From Prevotella sp. (GTDB lineage: Bacteria; Bacteroidota; Bacteroidia; Bacteroidales; Dysgonomonadaceae): a DNA stretch of 64,000 bases. The notes under the pieces are model-generated. The model was not told where the DNA came from, did no database searches, and saw only the letters and a list, made by a program, of their open reading frames with translations. The translations under genes were made by a program, and so were the position numbers. The DNA is taken from NCBI GenBank assembly GCA_031285625.1, contig JAITVV010000006.1, positions 36,963 through 100,962 on the forward strand. The letters are read 5' to 3'. This document shows positions 9,856 to 19,455 of the stretch, one piece after another. Each line of letters begins with the position of its first letter. Position 1 is the first letter of the stretch.

Positions 9856-10866
9856 TCAATTATGTTCTTTCAGGTATATTTGCTTTTCATCGATGCTATA
9901 ATCTAATTTTCGGGTTTCTTTCAGTATATTTAAAATATCAACTAATGAGGCATCCTTTTGTATCCGGGAATTGAAAATTGTATTTCCTAATTGTTCGCTT
10001 TGTATATCGATGTTGATATTAAATTTTCGTTCTAAAGTATTTGCTATATTTACTAATGGCTCATCAACAAAATATAACTCTCCGGTAATCCATTGTGATA
10101 GTATCTGAGCATCAACAAATCCTTTTCTTATAAATCCTTTTTGGGATACTGCAATCTGTTGGTTGGGTCTGTCAAGCCTTACTTTGTCTTCTAATTTATC
10201 TCTGGAAACTTCAATTATACCTTCCAGTAATGTTATCGCAATTTGTTCACCTTGATAAGCTTTCACATTAAATTTTGTCCCCAGTACGGTGGTACTGATA
10301 TCTCCTGATTGTACAATAAATGGAGACTCTTTATTATGTTCTACTTCAAAAAAGCCTTCGCCAATTATTTTTACGCTTCTGTTTTGGGATGAGAACCTTG
10401 ACGGGTAAATAAATTTTGTATCTGCATTCAACCATACTTTGGTTCCATCCGATAGGGTTAAAGTTACAGTTTGTCCTCTTGGTACATTTATTTCGTTTAC
10501 ATTTATATTTGCATTGATATTGTAATATCCGCTTTCTAATGAAGACATTTTAAATAGGTTCACGGATAAAAGTGCTATTATAAGTATTGCAGCTGCTGTT
10601 GCAGCAATCTTCCAATAAATAGGTTTTATCCTTCTTTCAGCTTGATGCTTTTGAGTTTGGTTACCTCTCTCTAAGAATGAATGATATGCCTTCTCAATCT
10701 GTTCTTTATCAGAATATTTTATTTCGGTTTTTAAACTCCATATTTCTTCCATACCGAAAAGCCACTTAGCATTTTCGTCGGATTCGGATATCCATTTGTC
10801 TATTTCCAGAAGGTCGTTGTCATCGGCTTTCTTGTTGAGGAAACGGAGTAATATATCTTCGTTCAT
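9856..10866 (-). CDS. FecR-family anti-sigma factor
   Basis: TM helix; LSDGTKVWLNA, GEGFFEV, VLGTKFNV; lies between ECF sigma and susC. Confidence 0.94.
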   Translation of the reverse strand: MNEDILLRFLNKKADDNDLLEIDKWISESDENAKWLFGMEEIWSLKTEIKYSDKEQIEKAYHSFLERGNQTQKHQAERRIKPIYWKIAATAAAILIIALLSVNLFKMSSLESGYYNINANINVNEINVPRGQTVTLTLSDGTKVWLNADTKFIYPSRFSSQNRSVKIIGEGFFEVEHNKESPFIVQSGDISTTVLGTKFNVKAYQGEQIAITLLEGIIEVSRDKLEDKVRLDRPNQQIAVSQKGFIRKGFVDAQILSQWITGELYFVDEPLVNIANTLERKFNINIDIQSEQLGNTIFNSRIQKDASLVDILNILKETRKLDYSIDEKQIYLKEHN

Positions 10867-10890
10867 AGCATTAAATTGTCTCGTTTATAT

Positions 10891-10924
10891 ATACGACAAT
10901 TCAGCCGGAAAGAACTACGTAGTC
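10891..10924 (-). promoter_or_regulatory. Putative ECF-sigma-dependent promoter upstream of fecR1
   Basis: Minus strand reads GACTACGT-N17-TTGTCGTAT; near-identical motif at 15051-15083. Confidence 0.55.
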
Positions 10925-11534
10925 AATAATGAAAAAAATGATCGGTGTTGTGTAAAACCAGTATTAATAATAGGGATATGAAATGAAAATCTTTTTTTAA
11001 TTGCTTCAACGCTTTCTGTACATGGACTTCAACTGTACGGTGAGAGATATTCATAACCTGCGCTATCTCTTTATAGTTGAGTTCTTCGAAGTAGCATAAC
11101 ATAAATGCCTCTTTACATTTTGGCGGTAATTTGTTCAGTGCACTTTGCAGCGCAGCTTGAATATCCTTGTGTTCCAGTTCCCTTAATATGTCATTCTCAT
11201 CAGACATTTCATTGAGGTATTGTATCCTGGCTTCAGCAATACGCATACGGCTTTCGTAGTTGGCTACAACTTTATTATGCTTAATATAGTTAAGACAATT
11301 GTTTTGGACACTTTTATAGAGGTAAGACAGGATATTAGATACCTTCAGTATCTCTTTTTGTTCCCAGAGGGAGGTAAATGCTTCCTGTACCATATCTTTA
11401 GCTACATCATCATCTTCATCATCTACAAACCTGCATGCCAAGGACATCATTCTGGGATAAATCTCTTCAAAGAATTGCTGGAAGACTTCTCTGTCTCCTT
11501 CTTTAATTTTTTCTATGTTAATTAATTGCAGCAT
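10923..11534 (-). CDS. RNA polymerase ECF sigma-70 factor (Bacteroidetes PUL type)
   Basis: DMVQEAFTSLW region 2; LPPKCKEAF..YKEIAQVMNISHRTVEVH region 4. Confidence 0.95.
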   Translation of the reverse strand: MLQLINIEKIKEGDREVFQQFFEEIYPRMMSLACRFVDDEDDDVAKDMVQEAFTSLWEQKEILKVSNILSYLYKSVQNNCLNYIKHNKVVANYESRMRIAEARIQYLNEMSDENDILRELEHKDIQAALQSALNKLPPKCKEAFMLCYFEELNYKEIAQVMNISHRTVEVHVQKALKQLKKDFHFISLLLILVLHNTDHFFHY

Positions 11535-11677
11535 AAAGTGAAGGTGTATTTGTCTGATCGGAATAATGACATGTTAGCTAAAGTAAATCTACATAAATAT
11601 TTATTACAAAATAGTTAAACATTCGTTTTTTTGAAAACGGTGAGCGATGTATACCGGGAAATACCTTGACAAATGTT

Positions 11678-11716
11678 TTATACAAGCCTCTCACAATACG
11701 TGAGAGGCTTGTATAA
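11678..11716 (-). terminator. Terminator/stem-loop downstream of the GH3 gene
   Basis: Perfect 17-bp inverted repeat TTATACAAGCCTCTCAC-N5-GTGAGAGGCTTGTATAA. Confidence 0.8.
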
Positions 11717-11725
11717 TTCCTTGTT

Positions 11726-13954
11726 TTAATGAATTAATTCGAATTCGCCTTCTAATCGGATATCATCCGAGGCAGAACCTATCATTACATCGAATTCTCC
11801 CGGTTCGGACTTGTATTCTAGTTTTTGATTATAAAAACATAGTTTATCATTCGTGATAGTAAACCTTATAACTTTACTCTCATTTGGATTCAATCTTATT
11901 TTTTTGAAATCCTTCAACTCTTTTACAGGTCTTACTACCGAGCCAACTCTGTCTCTTAAATATAATTGTACCACTTCATCACCTGTATACTTTCCTATAT
12001 TTTTGATAACAAATGAAACTTCTGTAGATTCAGTATTTTTCATTTTGCCCTTCGACAGCTTAATATCTGAATATTCAAATTCGGTATAACTGAGCCCGTG
12101 ACCAAACGCAAATTTAGGGCTTGTTTTCAGGTCAATATAAGCAGTGGTATAAAATAATGTCGAGTCTGTTGCAGCAGGATGCCCGGTATTGAAATGATTG
12201 TAATATATAGGGATTTGTCCAACTTCACGTGGAAAAGTCATTGGCAGTTTTCCCGAAGGATTTACATCTCCGAACAGTATATCGGCAATAGCATTCCCAG
12301 CTTCATTCCCAAGCCACCATGTATAAAGAATGGAAGGTACATTATCTGCTATCCAGTTGAATACTAATGGACGCCCTGCATTTATCATCACCACTATAGG
12401 TTTACCTGTAGCTTGTATGGCTTTTACCAGTTCCTCCTGAACGCCCGGAATATGTATATCACTTCTGCTTTTAGCCTCTCCGCTCATATCCCATCTCTCA
12501 CCTATACTCATTATGACTATATCTGCTTGCCTGGCTACCGAAACAGCTTCGGCAAAGCCGTCTTTGTTATCACCATCTATATCACAGCCTTTAGCATACA
12601 AAAGTTTTGTTCCCTTACTTATCCTGTTTTGTACGCCATCCCATTGGGAAACTATAAATTTATCATAATTCACCTCAGGTAATTCAATGGCCCAGAAACC
12701 CAGATTTGGTTTATATTCTTTTACCATCGGGCCTATGAATGCAATGGTTTTAACATCAGGTGAAATTGGGAGCAGATTATTCTCATTTTTCAATAACACG
12801 ATGCTTTTCGATGCTATCTCCCTACTGGCTTTTGTATGTTCGGGATTATTGAATGCGTCATGTTCCCTTTGTATATCGCAAAACTTATAAGGATCGTCAA
12901 ATAGTCCCATTTCAAACTTCTTATACAGGATACGTCTTACTGCATCATCGATCAGAGCAATATTCACTCTGCCTTCTTTTACCAGTTCAACTAAGTTGTT
13001 TTTGTAAGAGCGGCTTTCCATGTCCATATCACAACCGGCTGTAATAGCTGCATATGCTGCTTCTTTTCCATCCTTTACATACCCATGTTTGATCATTTGT
13101 CCTACAGAGCCCCAGTCTGATACAACAAATCCTTCGAAATTCCATTTCCCTTTCAAGATATCCCGTTGCAGGTAGCTACTTCCTGTTGCCGGGATTCCAT
13201 TCAGATCGTTAAAAGCATTCATGAATGTAGAGACACCTGCATCTACAGCTGCTTTGAACGGAGGAAGATATGTTTCCCACAGCATACGGTCACTCATATC
13301 CACAGAATTATAGTCTCTGCCTCCTTCTACCGCTCCGTAAGCTACAAAGTGTTTAGCACATGTCATCACAGCATCCGTATTACCTAGCCCATTTCCCATA
13401 AATCCTTCAACTCTGGCTTTTGCAATTAATGAACCCAGGTATGTATCTTCACCAGCGCCTTCCATCACTCTGCCCCAACGAGGATCACGGCCAATGTCTA
13501 TCATAGGTGCAAATGTCCAGTGCACACCTCCTGCCGCAGCTTCTGTTGCTGCTATACGGGCACTTAGTTTCATAGCTTTCAGATCCCAACTGGCTGCTTC
13601 CCCGAGTGGTATAGGGAAAGTCGTTTTATATCCATGGATCACATCCTGACCAAAAATTAAAGGAATTCTTAGCCGCGATTGCATTGCTATGTCCTGAAAC
13701 TGGCGTACACGTTCTACGCCTATCACATTCAGCATAGAGCCGAGCTCTCCCCGCCTTATTTGTCCCTCTTTGTCTCCATCCGGAGTTACGGGGCCTGTGG
13801 CAATGCCGTCATCATTATACTGATTCAGTTGCCCTACTTTTTCTTCAAGGGTCATTTGATTCAGTAGATTTTCGACCCGTGTATCTATATTTTCTTTTTG
13901 AGCTATTACATTCAGTGTGATGAATGCAAATAGCAACAAACAATTTATTTTCAT
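11726..13954 (-). CDS. bglX: GH3 beta-glucosidase (BglX-like), periplasmic
   Basis: DVIHG, RDPRWGR, KHF, nucleophile motif VVSDWG, SGEAKSR, C-terminal Fn3-like RPVKELK. Confidence 0.92.
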   Translation of the reverse strand: MKINCLLLFAFITLNVIAQKENIDTRVENLLNQMTLEEKVGQLNQYNDDGIATGPVTPDGDKEGQIRRGELGSMLNVIGVERVRQFQDIAMQSRLRIPLIFGQDVIHGYKTTFPIPLGEAASWDLKAMKLSARIAATEAAAGGVHWTFAPMIDIGRDPRWGRVMEGAGEDTYLGSLIAKARVEGFMGNGLGNTDAVMTCAKHFVAYGAVEGGRDYNSVDMSDRMLWETYLPPFKAAVDAGVSTFMNAFNDLNGIPATGSSYLQRDILKGKWNFEGFVVSDWGSVGQMIKHGYVKDGKEAAYAAITAGCDMDMESRSYKNNLVELVKEGRVNIALIDDAVRRILYKKFEMGLFDDPYKFCDIQREHDAFNNPEHTKASREIASKSIVLLKNENNLLPISPDVKTIAFIGPMVKEYKPNLGFWAIELPEVNYDKFIVSQWDGVQNRISKGTKLLYAKGCDIDGDNKDGFAEAVSVARQADIVIMSIGERWDMSGEAKSRSDIHIPGVQEELVKAIQATGKPIVVMINAGRPLVFNWIADNVPSILYTWWLGNEAGNAIADILFGDVNPSGKLPMTFPREVGQIPIYYNHFNTGHPAATDSTLFYTTAYIDLKTSPKFAFGHGLSYTEFEYSDIKLSKGKMKNTESTEVSFVIKNIGKYTGDEVVQLYLRDRVGSVVRPVKELKDFKKIRLNPNESKVIRFTITNDKLCFYNQKLEYKSEPGEFDVMIGSASDDIRLEGEFELIH

Positions 13955-14044
13955 AAGTTATGGCTATTAGTAAACTACAAAATATATAAAATGAATTATG
14001 AATGAATCAGGAATTGACTCATTTCAGGAAAGTATCGAGTAGCA

Positions 14045-14052
14045 CAAATTTA
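14045..14052 (-). promoter_or_regulatory. Possible Bacteroidetes sigmaA -7 box for the GH3 gene
   Basis: Minus strand TAAATTTG matches TAnnTTTG, about 90 nt upstream of the start. Confidence 0.35.
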
Positions 14053-14505
14053 TGAAAATATTTGATAATTCAACTTTTTTGTTTCTTTTTTATGAAATTC
14101 AGAATAAGAAGTAGCAATTTGTTTATGTTGTAAGTGGTTTATTGCTATGGCCTTAAAATAAAAAGGTGACAAAAGTGACACTTTTTATCTGTTTTTACAC
14201 TGTTACTTTTTTATTTTGATTATTTGTTTACTTACCACCTGTTATATCAAAGATCTCTTCTATTAGATAATTTAAACTTTAAATAAATAGCTTATTATCA
14301 GCTTATATTGGTAAAATACACATTTAACACAAAAAAATATAACATATTGATTATAATTCTATACATTTATGGCCGAAAGCTGCTACATTTTAATTTTAAA
14401 ACTAACATTTACTAAAGTTTCAAGTATAATACTATTTTGCTCTGAATGGAGTTAAAGTTAACACAGAATTAATATTCTGTTTTGTCGGATTAATCCGGTT
14501 ATAGT

Positions 14506-15045
14506 ATGGAAAAACACTGGCTGCGGGCTATAGCTTGCGGAGATCAGAAAGCTTTCGATGAATTATTTATTGAATATTTTCCGAAGATCAAAAAGTTCCT
14601 TTTTGGATTTCTTGAGTCAGATGCTGAAGCTGAAGATTTGGCGCAGGATGTTTTTGTCAAATTATGGCAGAACAGATCTTTTTTGGAAAATGTAGACAAT
14701 CTGAATGCCTATCTGTATCGCATGTCTAAAAATATGCTATTCAATTATCTGAAACATCCACAAATTAAAGAGCTTACCTCTATTTCTAATTTTCTCGAAA
14801 TACCTACTATGGAAAAATTGGAAGAGATAATCTTTGCAAAAGAACTGGAGGTACTTATCGATACTACGATAGACAGAATGCCCACCCAACGTAAAACAAT
14901 CTTCAATTTAAGCAGAAAAGAGAAACTCACAAATACCGAAATCGCTACACGTCTCAAAATAAGTAAACGCACTGTGGAAGCCCATATTTCCGCCGCTCTT
15001 TCCGATCTGAGAAAAGTTTTATACATATTTTTTATATTTTTTTGA
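14506..15045 (+). CDS. RNA polymerase ECF sigma-70 factor
   Basis: AEDLAQDVFVKLW; MPTQRKTIF..EIATRLKISKRTVEAH. Confidence 0.95.
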   Translation: MEKHWLRAIACGDQKAFDELFIEYFPKIKKFLFGFLESDAEAEDLAQDVFVKLWQNRSFLENVDNLNAYLYRMSKNMLFNYLKHPQIKELTSISNFLEIPTMEKLEEIIFAKELEVLIDTTIDRMPTQRKTIFNLSRKEKLTNTEIATRLKISKRTVEAHISAALSDLRKVLYIFFIFF

Positions 15046-15050
15046 AATAT

Positions 15051-15083
15051 GACTACGTGAGATAGTCTGTTTTGTTGTCATAT
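15051..15083 (+). promoter_or_regulatory. Putative ECF-sigma-dependent promoter upstream of fecR2
   Basis: GACTACGT-N16-TTGTCATAT, matching the motif at 10891-10924. Confidence 0.55.
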
Positions 15084-15101
15084 TATTAAAGACCCTATTT
15101 T

Positions 15102-16118
15102 ATGGAACAAAACAAAGCATATCGTATTCTTCAGCATTTGATCAGTAAGATGCCTTCTTCTGAGCATAGGAATCTAATACGCCGCTGGCTTATTGGAGAA
15201 GAAAATGCTGAAGAGAAAGATAGTGCGATACAGCATATATGGAATAATACAAATGCAGCAGCAGATGAGTCTATATATATGTCTTTGGCTGATACCCATT
15301 CTAAAATAAAGCAGGTAAAGAAACAAAAATCCAGAAGACGTTTTATAAAACTCTTAACCCGCTATACCGCTATTCTTATCTTACCCATCATATCCGGACT
15401 TACTGTTTGGTTTATATCAGATCAGAGGCAGGTTGATGTTGAGTTAGTTGAATGTTATGTTGCAAATGGGGAACGGAGGACAATAGAATTGCCTGATGGG
15501 TCTCAGGTACAGGTAAATTCCGGTTCATTATTCATATACCCCAAAGAGTTTATTGGAAAAGAGCGCATTGTTTACCTGGCAGGAGAAGCTAATTTCTCGG
15601 TAGAGAGCAATCACAAGAAACCTTTTATCGTTGAGTCCAAGTCTTTACAGGTACGTGTTGTGGGTACTAAATTCAATGTAGAATCCTATCCCGAAAATGA
15701 TCAAACGATCGTTACACTGGAACATGGCGCTGTAAAAGTATACAAGGATAAAAATCCTCGAAAATCCATCCTGATGAATCCAAACGAACAATTGACCTAT
15801 TCTTCTATAGAGAACCGTTTTACCCTTTCTCAGGTCGAAGCTTCATCTTTTGCAACATGGACTTCAGGCGAATTATATTTTAGTAAGAAAACACTTAACC
15901 AGATACTGGAAACGCTTGAGCGTCATTATAATGTAGATATACACACAGATCCTCTTATAAACTATACAGACCATTATACGATGAGGATAAGGTCACATGA
16001 AACTATCGAAGATGCCCTCAATGTATTAATTCAAATTGTAGATAGTAAAAAAATAACATATAAAACAGCAGGTCAGACTATATACTTGCTCCCAAAAGGA
16101 AAGGAGGTGAGGCGATAA
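15102..16118 (+). CDS. FecR-family anti-sigma factor
   Basis: TM helix; LPDGSQVQVNSGS, GEANFSV, VVGTKFNV. Confidence 0.94.
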   Translation: MEQNKAYRILQHLISKMPSSEHRNLIRRWLIGEENAEEKDSAIQHIWNNTNAAADESIYMSLADTHSKIKQVKKQKSRRRFIKLLTRYTAILILPIISGLTVWFISDQRQVDVELVECYVANGERRTIELPDGSQVQVNSGSLFIYPKEFIGKERIVYLAGEANFSVESNHKKPFIVESKSLQVRVVGTKFNVESYPENDQTIVTLEHGAVKVYKDKNPRKSILMNPNEQLTYSSIENRFTLSQVEASSFATWTSGELYFSKKTLNQILETLERHYNVDIHTDPLINYTDHYTMRIRSHETIEDALNVLIQIVDSKKITYKTAGQTIYLLPKGKEVRR

Positions 16119-16237
16119 AAAAGGATTAGGAAAGAGTCTGCTACACTATCTGCCTACATCTGAAATCATTCTGATTTATATTCAGGAAATATTCGAGTTA
16201 ACTAAAAATCTATACATTAAATCTGATACACAATGCT

Positions 16238-19200
16238 ATGAAAATCAATCGTATCAAAACAAAGCACGTATCAATAAAAATAGGCAGACTATTTATTCTT
16301 GCATGCTTTATCTTTGCTTCAGTCAGTATTGGAGCTCAGAATCAAACAATCAACTTGCCTACTGGTAATCTGACAATAAAAAAGATTTTCCAGGAAATTG
16401 AAAAACAAACCAATTTATCTATTGACTATAATCAAACCCGGCTGAATACCTCTCAAAGAGTGACAATTCAGACCAAGGAAAATACTCTTTCATCTCTGTT
16501 AACAGAAGTATTGAATGAGTCTGGTTTTGAATATACTATCGAAAATGATCATATCATTATAAAACAAGAAAATGAAAGATCCGAAAGGCCTGAAAGAGCT
16601 CAACGGACATCACCAAAAAAAATTACAGGAAAAATTACAGATGAGGCAGGAGAACCTCTTATTGGAGCAAATGTGCAGGTAAAAGGAACAACACATGGAA
16701 CGCTCACAGATGAAGATGGTAATTACGAACTAGATGTGCCGCAATCCGCTACTTTACAAATATCATATATCGGTTACCTTAATCAGGATATTAATACCGG
16801 TAATAAAACCGTCTTAAATATAAAGCTTTCGGAAGATGCTCATAATCTGGATGAAGTTGTTGTCGTAGGATATGGAACAATGACCAGGAGAGAAATTACC
16901 GGATCGGTTACAAATATCACAACTAAAGATTTTAACAAAGGATTCTCTAAAGATGCTGCCGGACTGTTGCAGGGTAAAGTGGCCGGACTGGAAATTAATA
17001 ATGGTTCAGGCGATGTTACATCGAATGCTTCTATAAGGCTGAGAGGGGTTTCTACATTACAGAATGACCAGGGGCCATTCATTGTGATCGATAATGTGCC
17101 GGGGGCTGATTTATCTACTGTTGCACCTCAGGATATAGAATCCATTTCTATACTGAAAGACGCTTCTTCTGCCGCTATATACGGCTCAAGATCAGCGGGT
17201 GGAGTTATCCTCATTACCACTAAAAGAGGTACTGCAAATCAACCGAGAATAAGTTATGCAGGATCAGTTGGTATCTCTACTCTGGCTAATAAGCCTAAAT
17301 TGATGAAGGCGGGTAAGTGGAGACAATATACTGCTGAAAATTATGGGGAGGATGCCAAATCTTTCGATCTGGGTGCAAATACCGATTGGTTTGATGAAAT
17401 CACGCGTACCGGCTTCCAGCAGGAACACAATGTTTCACTTTCAGGAGGAGGTACAGGGCATACCTATAGAGGTTCTGTTTCGTATATGCAAAGAGACGGA
17501 TTGGCGCGCGACAATACTATGAAACGCTACAATGTACGTTTACAATTTACACAATGGGCCTTAAATAATAAATTGAAAATAGATTTGACGGGAGTTACCA
17601 CATTGACGGATAATGCTCCTACTAATGGAAGGAACTTTGTATTGGCATATAATATGATCCCCGTACGTCTTGTCAGACTAGAGAATGGCGACTGGTTCGA
17701 TACACGTGAGTATGATCAGGGTAATCCGGTGCGTAACCAGGATGAAAATACTTATATGAATAAAATCAATAATTTTTATGGAACCGGAAACCTTACTTTC
17801 TCTCCTATTGAAGGGCTGGACCTGAAAGCAATGTTTTCTAAGATTCGTAATAATGAGGATTATTCGGAATACAGGAGTATTGGTTCTGAAGCCGGTTATT
17901 CCGACGGAGGTTACGGACAGCGCACAGGACGTATTACTGATAAAGAATTGACTGAATGGACTGCCAATTATTCAACACAGATACAGAAACATAAAATTAA
18001 TGCTTTAGTTGGTTATTCATGGGAACAAGAAGATTATTCAGCTCATACAGCTGAGCGTAGAGGCTTTATTACCGACTTATTAGGTGCTAATGATCTGGCT
18101 TCGGGACAGAACGCGCGAAATTCGGATGTAGGTTCTGAGAAAAACAGGAACAGGCTTATTTCATTTTATGGCAGATTAAATTATAGCTTCGATGAGAAAT
18201 ATCTTCTTACTGCCACAATCCGTCGTGACGGTTCGACCAAATTCGGGAAAAATAATAAATGGGGAACATTCCCATCTGTTTCTGCAGCATGGAATATTTC
18301 ACAGGAAGAATTTATGAAAGGTGCAAGATGGCTGAATGATCTGAAACTTCGCGTTGGTTATGGAGTTACAGGTAATCAGTCGGGACTAGATCCGTATAAG
18401 ACCCTCGAACTATATGGATCCGGTGAACGGTATTATGACAATGGATCGTGGCTATCTGCCTACAAGATACACCAGAATGCAAATCCTGACCTGAAATGGG
18501 AACAAACAGCGATGTTGAATATTGGAGTAGATTTTTCTATGTTTTCAAACCGTTTGAGTGCCAGAGTCGAATGGTATGATAAAAAAACTTCTGATATGTT
18601 GTATAGTTATCCTGTGCCTACACCTCCTTATCTCTATCCGGAAATCATGGCTAATGTAGGAGATATGAGTAATAAAGGGATTGAAGTGACTATAAACTAC
18701 AATGCCGTACGTACAAAAGATTTTGACTGGGATATTTCCCTTAATATGGCACATAACAAGAATAAAGTAACAAAGTTGTCCAATGACTTTTATACAGCCG
18801 ACTATGTACTTGTCGGAGGTGCATTTATTCGTGGAGGTAGTTCTACAACTCATATTCTTGAGGTTGGGCGTCCTGTTGGACAATTTTATGGCTTGGTATG
18901 TAACGGACTTGACGAAAATGGGAAGTATATATTTGTAGACCAGAATGATGATGGAGAAATATCAGATCCGGCCGATTTGGATTATATCGGAAGTGCACAG
19001 CCTAAACTTACTTATGGTCTTACTAATACTTTCAGGTATAAGAATTTCGACTTATCCATATTTGTTCGTGGCTCTATAGGTAATAAAATATTGAATATGC
19101 CAAGGATGGCTTATGCTCAATCGGGTTTCTTACCGGGAACAAATGCACTGGACGATCCTTTAACTTATGAACTTAAAGAAACGACCCCGCGGTATTCTTC

Positions 19201-19444
19201 ATTCTATCTGGAAAACGGTTCATATCTACGCCTCGACAACATGTCTTTAGGCTATAAGATTAATAAATGGCATGGTATGAGAGTCTATGTAACAGCTCAA
19301 AACCTCTTTGTTATAACCAAATACAAAGGACTGGATCCGGAAGTGCCAATCACTGATAATGACGGATTAAGTCCGGGTATCGAGCAACGTGAATTCTATC
19401 CGAAAGCCAGAACTTTCTCTATCGGTCTGAACCTTAATTTTTAA
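16238..19444 (+). CDS. SusC/RagA TonB-dependent transducer with STN domain
   Basis: LDEVVVVGYG, DIESISILKDASSAAIYGSR, RRDGSTKFG, terminal F. Confidence 0.96.
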   Translation: MKINRIKTKHVSIKIGRLFILACFIFASVSIGAQNQTINLPTGNLTIKKIFQEIEKQTNLSIDYNQTRLNTSQRVTIQTKENTLSSLLTEVLNESGFEYTIENDHIIIKQENERSERPERAQRTSPKKITGKITDEAGEPLIGANVQVKGTTHGTLTDEDGNYELDVPQSATLQISYIGYLNQDINTGNKTVLNIKLSEDAHNLDEVVVVGYGTMTRREITGSVTNITTKDFNKGFSKDAAGLLQGKVAGLEINNGSGDVTSNASIRLRGVSTLQNDQGPFIVIDNVPGADLSTVAPQDIESISILKDASSAAIYGSRSAGGVILITTKRGTANQPRISYAGSVGISTLANKPKLMKAGKWRQYTAENYGEDAKSFDLGANTDWFDEITRTGFQQEHNVSLSGGGTGHTYRGSVSYMQRDGLARDNTMKRYNVRLQFTQWALNNKLKIDLTGVTTLTDNAPTNGRNFVLAYNMIPVRLVRLENGDWFDTREYDQGNPVRNQDENTYMNKINNFYGTGNLTFSPIEGLDLKAMFSKIRNNEDYSEYRSIGSEAGYSDGGYGQRTGRITDKELTEWTANYSTQIQKHKINALVGYSWEQEDYSAHTAERRGFITDLLGANDLASGQNARNSDVGSEKNRNRLISFYGRLNYSFDEKYLLTATIRRDGSTKFGKNNKWGTFPSVSAAWNISQEEFMKGARWLNDLKLRVGYGVTGNQSGLDPYKTLELYGSGERYYDNGSWLSAYKIHQNANPDLKWEQTAMLNIGVDFSMFSNRLSARVEWYDKKTSDMLYSYPVPTPPYLYPEIMANVGDMSNKGIEVTINYNAVRTKDFDWDISLNMAHNKNKVTKLSNDFYTADYVLVGGAFIRGGSSTTHILEVGRPVGQFYGLVCNGLDENGKYIFVDQNDDGEISDPADLDYIGSAQPKLTYGLTNTFRYKNFDLSIFVRGSIGNKILNMPRMAYAQSGFLPGTNALDDPLTYELKETTPRYSSFYLENGSYLRLDNMSLGYKINKWHGMRVYVTAQNLFVITKYKGLDPEVPITDNDGLSPGIEQREFYPKARTFSIGLNLNF

Positions 19445-19455
19445 TATCTACAGTC

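Noticed and set aside
13955-14505. 550-bp AT-rich spacer with GTGACA-AAA-GTGACA repeat
   Set aside because: Consistent with ordinary divergent promoters; the repeat is too short, with no ORF or convincing structure
6261-19444. Invertible susC shufflon between the two oppositely oriented ECF PULs
   Set aside because: No recombinase gene and no long identical repeats between the susC genes could be seen
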